Origin: Octopus vulgaris
Taxonomy: Eukaryota
DNA: 64,000 nt
Assembly: GCA_951406725.2 (NCBI GenBank)
Contig: OX597839.1
Coordinates: 620,001-684,000 of the forward strand
Direction of reading: 5' to 3'
The position numbers and the translations under genes are program-made. Positions 56,363-64,000 of the stretch are shown here, in pieces. Numbering within the stretch: the stretch's first letter is position 1; every line of letters begins with the position of its first letter. A model generated the notes under the pieces. That model had not been told where the DNA came from. It worked only from the letters and a program-made list of their open reading frames with translations, and made no database searches.

Positions 56363-57772
56363 TATATATATACACGCACACATATCTATAGATACAGATA
56401 TATACATATACACACGTACATGCATATATATATATATATAGATAGATGTTTGTGTGCGTGTGTATGTGTGTGTGTGTATGCATGTGGATACTCGAGGGTA
56501 ACAGGAAATTGTAAAGCAGAACATTAATTACTAAAATTTTCAATGTATGATTGTTTTGTCCAATGGAAAGAAATACAATGATTCGTGGCATCGGCAGAAC
56601 GAGAAATTAATTTTTTGTAACTAAACACTTTCTAACTTTGGACATTGGTAGAATGTGTCATATAAAACATCTTTTACTCTTAGCGTTGTTGAGAAAAGTT
56701 TCTATTTACGAAGTGATTTCGTGTTAATGTTGTCGTATTTCGGTAATTTCAACCAATCAATGACGTGGATTCAGCTGAATAAAATTACTGCTGTTGTTTG
56801 TCAATAACAACTTTCGATTTTTTTTTCCTTAGTAAAGATCGTGCGGGTGAAAAGACCAATGGGGGTAGGGGTGAAATTTCCGAGTCCTCCACCTCACCCA
56901 CTCCCATTTTTCGGACCCCAAAAAGGGTTTTGTAGCGTATTAGGTCACAGGAATTCATTCAACGGGGAAAAAAATCCAATGATTCCACGAGAAGGGGGGA
57001 GGGCGCCCCCACGCCCCCACTTTTCTTCGAACCAAAAAATAAGGGATTTGCAGCATATTAGGAGGTAAGGGTACTTGATTCCACGTAAAAATATCTGAGT
57101 TTTTTTTTTTTTTTTTTTTTTTCATAGTGAAAATTGTGCGGGTGTTAATACAGAAATTAACCGAAAAAAGATATGCTTGAGTGCAAAATTTGACAGTTAA
57201 ACTCTCTCGGAGTGACAATTTGTGATGTTCCACTGTCCATGTTTCCATTCATTCATTCATTCATTTACTCGTTCTTTCATTCATCCATCCATACACACAG
57301 ACAGACATGCATACGTAAACTTTCCAAAAGTCTACCATTTAAGTTTATATGAGCATGTCTAGACAAGTAACTAATATGCATTACTATGCGTTCATGCATA
57401 TGAAAATACCCTGCTGATGTTGAAATTCCAATGAGGGAGCCTTAGATCTAGGTTAGAAACCGGCTCTTCCTCCACTGGCAAGAAATCTTGGTCAATATAC
57501 AGGACTTAAACTGTATAGTGACCCCAAACTTGAAATAAAACTAAATAATGACTTACAGGCATGCTTGCATACATACATACATACATACATACATACATAC
57601 ATACATACATACTTACATACATACATACATACATGCATACATACATAAGCATACATACATACACACACACACACACACATACATACATACATACATACAT
57701 ACATAAATACACACACACACATACACACATACATACATTCATATATATACACAAACACACACACACACACAT

Positions 57773-57805
<33 letters not shown>

Positions 57806-58161
57806 GCACTCTTGGAATGGAGTATCCTAATATGGTCATAACATAAAATTAACGTGAATAAAATTACATATTCGTAGAAACAGAGATCAGAGACTGATAG
57901 CGAGAGAGAGAGAGAGAGAGAGAGAGTAAGAGAGGGAGAGAAAGAGAGAGAGAGAGAGAGAGAGGTGAGGAGAATGAGAGATTGATAAATAGGGGAGAAA
58001 GAAAATGAGAAAGAATTAAAGAAATAGCATCACAGTAGTGTTTAATTTAAAGAGAGTGACGGCAGCTGTGATAAGGGCTATATATATAAATAGCGCAGGG
58101 GACAGCGCGCTGGACTTCTAATCCAGAGGCCGTGGGTTTATATATATATATATATATATAT

Positions 58162-58805
58162 ATTATATTATATTATATTAGAGATAAAACCACTATTAGG
58201 CAAATCAAACTCTTTATCTTTTATTAAGCTTTTAATACTTTTGATATTTATTAAAAAAAAATAAATAAATAAATAAATAAATAAATAAAATAACATATAA
58301 AGATATACTCACATATATATATATATATTGTTATATTTCGGAATGGTCATATTGCCAGTTTAGCCAATAAAAACACACGCACTATATATTTGGTGTTATT
58401 TTGCTTCAGTGATATTTATTTTTTACATTAATCTTAATCTTATTTCGGCCAGAAATTGGCTAAACTTTATTGGCTAAACTGGCAATATGACCATTCCGAA
58501 ATATAACAATATCTGTTTCAACACACGACTTCACATAAAAAACTTGCACAACAAATATTTAAACGTATATATATATATTTATATATTTAAATTGATAAGT
58601 TTAAATTATTTAAATAATTTTTTAAATTTTTAACTTTTATATTTTTTAATTAATTTTATGTATTAGCTTATGTTTTTCACTGTTTGATTTGCCTAATAGT
58701 GGTTTTATCTCTAATTTAATATAATATAATATATTTATACTATAAAGTTGGATTTAATCCTAAATCTAATTTTTCCCTGTAAGTTTGGATTTATTCCCTA
58801 ATATT
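58162..58805. mobile_element. Nested fold-back elements
   Basis: Outer IR 58162-58210 / 58682-58730. Inner IR 58324-58371 / 58466-58512. Confidence 0.7.
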
Positions 58806-58837
<32 letters not shown>

Positions 58838-58937
58838 TAAGGTTAATCCAAACGAGAAAACAGAAAAGACAACAACACAAGGAGGTGGAACAATTAAAGT
58901 ATTATTATTAGGCGCTCAGGAAAAAGGGAAGAAGGAG

Positions 58938-58975
58938 GGTATGACGTTTCGAGCGGAGCTCTTCGTCGGAAACAA
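58938..58975 (-). ncRNA. Minimal hammerhead-like motif (U4C core) in element 58838-59041
   Basis: Minus strand: gttt-CCGACGA-A-GAGC/tcc/GCTC-GAAA-CG-TC. Confidence 0.55.
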
Positions 58976-59039
58976 GGAGAAAGAAAGATCCCGAGGCGGG
59001 AGGACGGAGGGAAAAAAAACGCGACTGGTTTTCACGAGG

Positions 59040-59069
<30 letters not shown>

Positions 59070-59074
<5 letters not shown>

Positions 59075-59331
59075 AAAGTTTAATAAGGGTAGAAATTGAT
59101 ATTAATCAATTAAAACCAGTGGGCCAGCATATTAAAAAAATCCGAAGATTAAAATATTTTTACATACAAAATTTAAAGGACTGACCACTAGAAGTGGCCG
59201 GTCAACATGCTAGATATAGACGTCAAAATCGCTATTTGAGAACATATTCTTTGTGGAAAATAGCGATTTGACGTCTATATCTAGCATGTTGACCGTCCAC
59301 TTTTAGTGGTCAGTCCTTTAAATTTTGTGTA
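59070..59331. mobile_element. Fold-back element (~75-bp arms, left extension) in (TA)n
   Basis: 59161-59237 vs 59258-59331 inverted. Confidence 0.8.
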
Positions 59332-59359
59332 TATATATATATATATATATATGTATATA

Positions 59360-59762
59360 CTCTTTTCTTTACTCTTTTACTTGTATGAGTCACTTGACAA
59401 TGGCCATGCTGGAGCACCGCCTTTAGTCGCGCAAAACGACCCAGGACTTATTCTTTGTAAGCTTAGTACTTATTCTATAGGTCTCTTTTGCGGAACCGCT
59501 AAGTTACAGGGACGTAAACACACCAGCATCGGTTGTCAAGCGATGTTGGGGGGACAAACACAGACACACAAACATACACTAATACACACACACATATATA
59601 TAAATATATACGACGGGCTTCTTTCGGTTAGCGTCCACTCACAAGGCTTTGGTCGGCCTGAGGCTATAGTAGAAGACACTTGCCCAAGGTGCCACGCAGT
59701 GGTACTGAACCCAGAACCATGTGGTTGGTAAACAAGCTACTTACCACACAGCCACTCCTGCA

Positions 59763-59764
<2 letters not shown>
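59360..59764 (-). mobile_element. SINE family A
   Basis: Full-length. Confidence 0.85.
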
Positions 59765-59801
<37 letters not shown>

Positions 59802-60368
59802 TTGTTCTAGTTTATAAGATTTATAACTTCCATAAAACATTCGACATGGTTTTGAGTCACCCTGTTTTGTTTCTGTGACGCTTGTCTCATTGTTTCCACT
59901 CTCTTGTTATAAAAATGTCTCTACTTATTTGTCCTCTTTGTCTGCTGTGTTTGAGATCTGCAGGAAACGGAATGGGAGTGAGTGAGAGGTGTTAAATGCA
60001 AGTGAACGATAATGAGATGTCTTACTCTGAAATCTATGAATTTTTCCTTGAAAGTGAAACTAAATTTTTGTCGTAAATTATATTTTCTCTATTTCACACA
60101 CGCACACACTCTCACACTAAAATATTCTTTTCTACTCTAGGCACAAGGCCTGAAACTTTTAGGGAGAGGGGGCAGTCGATTACATCGACGCCAGTACGCA
60201 ACTGGTACATAATTTATCGACCCCGAAAGGAGGAAAGGCAAAGTCAACCTCGGCGGCACACACAAAAATATTATATTTCAAATGAAATATAACACGCTTT
60301 TGTTTTCAAAGTATTACATACATATAACATGTCAATTTTTAGTCCCCAACCCCAAAATTCCAAACCGA

Positions 60369-60420
<52 letters not shown>

Positions 60421-60422
<2 letters not shown>

Positions 60423-60862
60423 GTTTGACATTTGCTTTACATTTGTACAAGTTGGCTCCAAGTCTCACCCAGAGACCTCAAGAGACAACAAGTTGAAAGT
60501 TCATGTGGGTGTTATAACTAGGGTGCCATATATTTGGTTTTGTACTTAGTGTTGTACTAGTGAATGTTTAAAAAAACCATAAGAAAATTATGTTTGTTTT
60601 AAAACTTGAGATTACATAGAAAGTATTTTGCATAGAATATGAGCAGTTCCCAAGAGCGTTATCTTTTGAATTTCTGCCATTTTGGGGTTTCCTGGTATCT
60701 GAGCTAGGTAGCAATCAGCCCCTTTTGCTATCATTCCCAGGGCACCTATGACAACAGGTATTATTTTAGTCTTCAGGTTCCACATTTTGCTGATTTCTAT
60801 TTCAAGATCTTTATATTTGCTCAGTTTTTGGTAGGTCTTGACAGATATGTTTATATCGATTC
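60421..60862 (-). mobile_element. Dong/R4 LINE 3' end adjoining (TAA)n
   Basis: QKLSKYKDLEIEISKMWNLKTKIIPVVIGALGMI...IQKITLLGTAHILCKILSM*, then a 3'UTR and (TAA)n at 60370-60420. Confidence 0.85.
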
Positions 60863-60973
60863 TTGCTAATATTCACACTATCTTTACTAATTATATCGAT
60901 GTACATTGGGCTGAAAGTCTGACCCACATACAGTGTAGTAGGATATTTTTACATTTATATACACAAGTATATA

Positions 60974-61398
60974 GGCATAGGAGTGGCTATGTGGTAAGTA
61001 GCTTACTTATGAACCACATGGTTCCGGGTTCAGTCCCACTGCGTGGCACCTTGGGCAAGTGTCTTCTACTATAGCCTCGGGCCAACCAAAGTCTTGTGAG
61101 TGAATTTGGTGGACGGAAACTGAAAGAAGTCCATCGTATATATATATATATATTTATGTATGTGTATATGTTTGTGTGTCTGTGTTTGTTCCCCCAACAT
61201 CGCTTGACAACCGATGCTGGTGTGTTTACGTCCCTGTAACTTAGCGGCTCGGCAAAAAGAGACCGATAGAATAAGTACTAGTCTTATAACAAAGAATGAG
61301 TCTTGGGGTCGATTTGCTCGACTAAAAAAAAGGGTGGTGCTCCAGCATGGCTGCAGTCAGATGACTGAAACACGTAAAAGAGTAAAGAGTGAAAAGAG
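60974..61398 (+). mobile_element. SINE family A
   Basis: Full-length. Confidence 0.85.
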
Positions 61399-61569
61399 TA
61401 TGTATATGCAAAAATGTGTACAAACAGATATTCATCCATGCATGTCTACATATATAATTCCCACATACATTCCAACAACCATACTCAGGAAATAGTACAA
61501 AAAGCAAAATGAAACGTACATATATTCATACATCCACACCTGTTCAGATATACACTTTCTGCATACATA

Positions 61570-61736
61570 GGCGCAGGAGTGGCTGTGTGGTAAGTAGCTC
61601 GCTAACCAACCACATGGTTCCGGGTTCAGTCCCACTGCGTGGCATCTTGGGCAAGTGTCTTCTGCAATAGCCCCGGGCCGACCAAAGCCTTGTGAGTGGA
61701 TTTGGTAGACGGAAACTGAAAGAAGCCTGTCGTATA

Positions 61737-61801
<65 letters not shown>

Positions 61802-62018
61802 TTGTGTGTCTGTGTTTGTCCCCCTAGCATTGCTTGACAACCGATGCTGGTGTTGTGTTTACGTCCCCGTCATTTAGCGGTTCGGCAAAAGAGACCGATA
61901 GAATAAGTACTGGGCTTACAAAAGAATAAGTCCCGGGGTCGATTTGCTCGACTAAAGGCGGTGCTCCAGCATGGCCGCAGTCAAAATGACTGAAACAAGT
62001 AAAAGAGTAAAAAGAGTA
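61570..62018 (+). mobile_element. SINE family A
   Basis: Full-length, ending about 40 nt before the P450 exon 2 acceptor. Confidence 0.9.
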
Positions 62019-62061
62019 ACATTATTATTATTACTGAATTTATTTATCTTCTATTTATTAG

Positions 62062-62158
62062 ATTTGGAAGAAGAAGCTTTTTATATTTCAAAAATCTTGG
62101 CATTCCTGGACCTGAACCTAATTCTCATTGGGGAAACTTGATGGAATTAAAGGAAAAG
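62062..62158 (+). CDS. CYP3-clan cytochrome P450, exon 2 (FGRRSFLYFKNLGIPGPEPNSHWGNLMELKEK)
   Basis: Proline-rich hinge LGIPGPxP...GN. 97 nt, phase 2 to 0. The gene continues beyond the window. Confidence 0.85.
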
Positions 62159-62371
62159 GTAAATCTGCAGTAAATACATTTTTCTACATTGATGTGTTTA
62201 AATTTGTTTTGTGTCTAGTTTTATATCGAATTTATATTATTCAGTCCACTACACTGCACCCTAGGCAAATGTTTCCTACTACAGCCCAGGTCTAACCAAT
62301 GACTTGTGAGTTCATTTAGTAGACTGAAGTTGTGTGGAATCTCGTCATATATATATATATATATATATATA

Positions 62372-62675
62372 TTGGTAAAACGGTAAGATAACAAAAGAAA
62401 GAAAGAAACCTCAATATTATGTAAATAGAGGAAATTTATCTATCTATACAATATGTTACATTACTCGGTAGTCAAGATAAAACTCTGAGTTTCAGATGCC
62501 GAAGTGGAAATCCACAACACCATCTCTTCGGTTATCTGGCTATTTGATAACGTTTTCAAATAGCCAGATAACCGAAGAGATGGTGTTGTGGATTTCCACT
62601 TCGGCATCTGGAACTCAGAGTTTTATCTTGACTACCGAGTAATGTAACATATTGTATAGATAAATTTCATATTTA

Positions 62676-62680
<5 letters not shown>
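62372..62680. mobile_element. Fold-back element (~115-bp arms, left extension) in (TA)n
   Basis: 62431-62547 vs 62556-62668 near-perfect inverted. Confidence 0.85.
62476..62536 (-). ncRNA. Hammerhead-like motif (mirror copy on + at 62567-62627)
   Basis: gataa-CCGAAGA-GATG...CATC-T-GAAA-CTCAGAG-TT-ttatc. Confidence 0.5.
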
Positions 62681-62738
<58 letters not shown>

Positions 62739-63071
62739 CAAAGTAAAGTTGTAAGGTACCGCACGAGTGAAAATATATATGAAAGAAGGTTTGAAAATGC
62801 AAAGGTCTTTTAGCAATGTTTATTGACTTGACCAGTTACACTTTTTTTAGAAAAAAATTATCAAAAGTAAAATATAAAGCTTTGTATAAGCTTTTGCTGG
62901 GTTAGAAAATGGTTAGCACAAGAGTTTTAAAATACAGTTATACAGTCTTTGATCATGATAAGCAAATGTTAAAAATGGTTTACATGAAAGTATTCAAGAA
63001 AGGGAATATAATAAGTATTTTGAGTTCAATAAAAATCATGTTTGTATGGTAGTATATATATATATATATAT

Positions 63072-63673
63072 ATACAAGATAAGAAAATGGAGAAATACAT
63101 CTAAATCAAATATCAATTACCAGATAATACTCAATCACATACTTTATTAAACCACCACATAAGAGACTGTACGGTTAAATATAACAAATCAGTGTACATA
63201 AAGGAGTGTACATAAAAAAGTGTACATAAAAGAGTAATGTTGTATAATAATTAGAATATATATAGAATGTATATTTACTTGTATTTATATTCTTTTTTAT
63301 ATATATTCTACTTATTATACAACATTACTCTTTTATGTACACTTTTTTATGTACATTCCTTTATGTACACTGATTTGTTCTGCTTTTTTATGTTTAACCC
63401 TACAGTCTCTTATGTGGTGGTTTAATAAAGTATGTGATTGAGTATTATCTGGTAATTGATATTTGATTTAGATGTATTTCTCCATTTTCTTATCTTGTAT
63501 TAGTAATTTGTGGTAAATCATTTTACCTTTGCCCATATAATACAGTAAATGAATTGATTGCATCGCAATCATTAACATTTATGTATTAACTTTGTTGGGT
63601 ACTTCACTAGCAGTATATTGGATATACGTTATCCCATAGAGGGTTGCATTTACAACCCCTATCTCAATTTGTG
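63072..63673. mobile_element. Fold-back element (~200-bp arms) plus right extension
   Basis: 63072-63268 vs 63288-63500 inverted. The extension 63576-63673 matches 48558-48654. Confidence 0.75.
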
Positions 63674-64000
63674 TATGTATATATATATATATATATTAGA
63701 AGAAATGAGGTAATCAGATCGGATGGTTCATATTTATAGATATTTATTTATATATTACATTTTTTACATATATATATCATATCATTCAGATCATATCATT
63801 CGGTGGGGTTTTCAAATCAAATCAATATATATATACAGAAGGAGAAATATTTAAGAATTTACAAAAAATTGGAGATGAATAAATGACATTTTCTGTGTTG
63901 TTTGTAGCTAGGGAATGTTTGCTGTTTTAAGGAATAGTGTGGGAGGTTGATGGTGGTGGTCATGGGGGAAGAGCAATATGGAATCAAAAGGATTTTTTTG

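Noticed and set aside
59161-59331. Hammerhead within this hairpin
   Set aside because: No GAAA/stem III arrangement found. Kept only as a fold-back.

Overview
AT-rich, microsatellite-dense animal genomic DNA. The SINE families and the density of (TA)n/(CA)n suggest a coleoid cephalopod, probably Octopus; this is an inference. Most entries in the ORF track are microsatellite or SINE artefacts. I can support two host genes, both on the + strand and reconstructed by splice phase. (1) A signal-peptide gene at about 6100-23570, 3' end unresolved, built from four ~105-110 aa two-exon modules (phases 1-0-1) that look like highly diverged PLAT/LH2 beta-sandwiches. (2) The first two exons of a CYP3-clan cytochrome P450 (52672-52745 and 62062-62158). 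A ~7.2 kb block (21851-29041) is repeated at 29142-38119 across a 100-N gap, probably as uncollapsed haplotypes. The rest is mobile DNA: three tRNA-SINE families, remnants of Penelope-like, Dong/R4, RTE and L1/Tx1 retroelements, and several MITEs. The most striking signal is a set of unrelated short elements inside (TA)n arrays. Many form long asymmetric fold-back hairpins and carry minimal type I hammerhead-ribozyme-like motifs with palindromic stem III. Three different Watson-Crick versions of the 3:8 core pair occur (C3:G8, U3:A8, G3:C8). One motif is directly linked to a Penelope GIY-YIG ORF.
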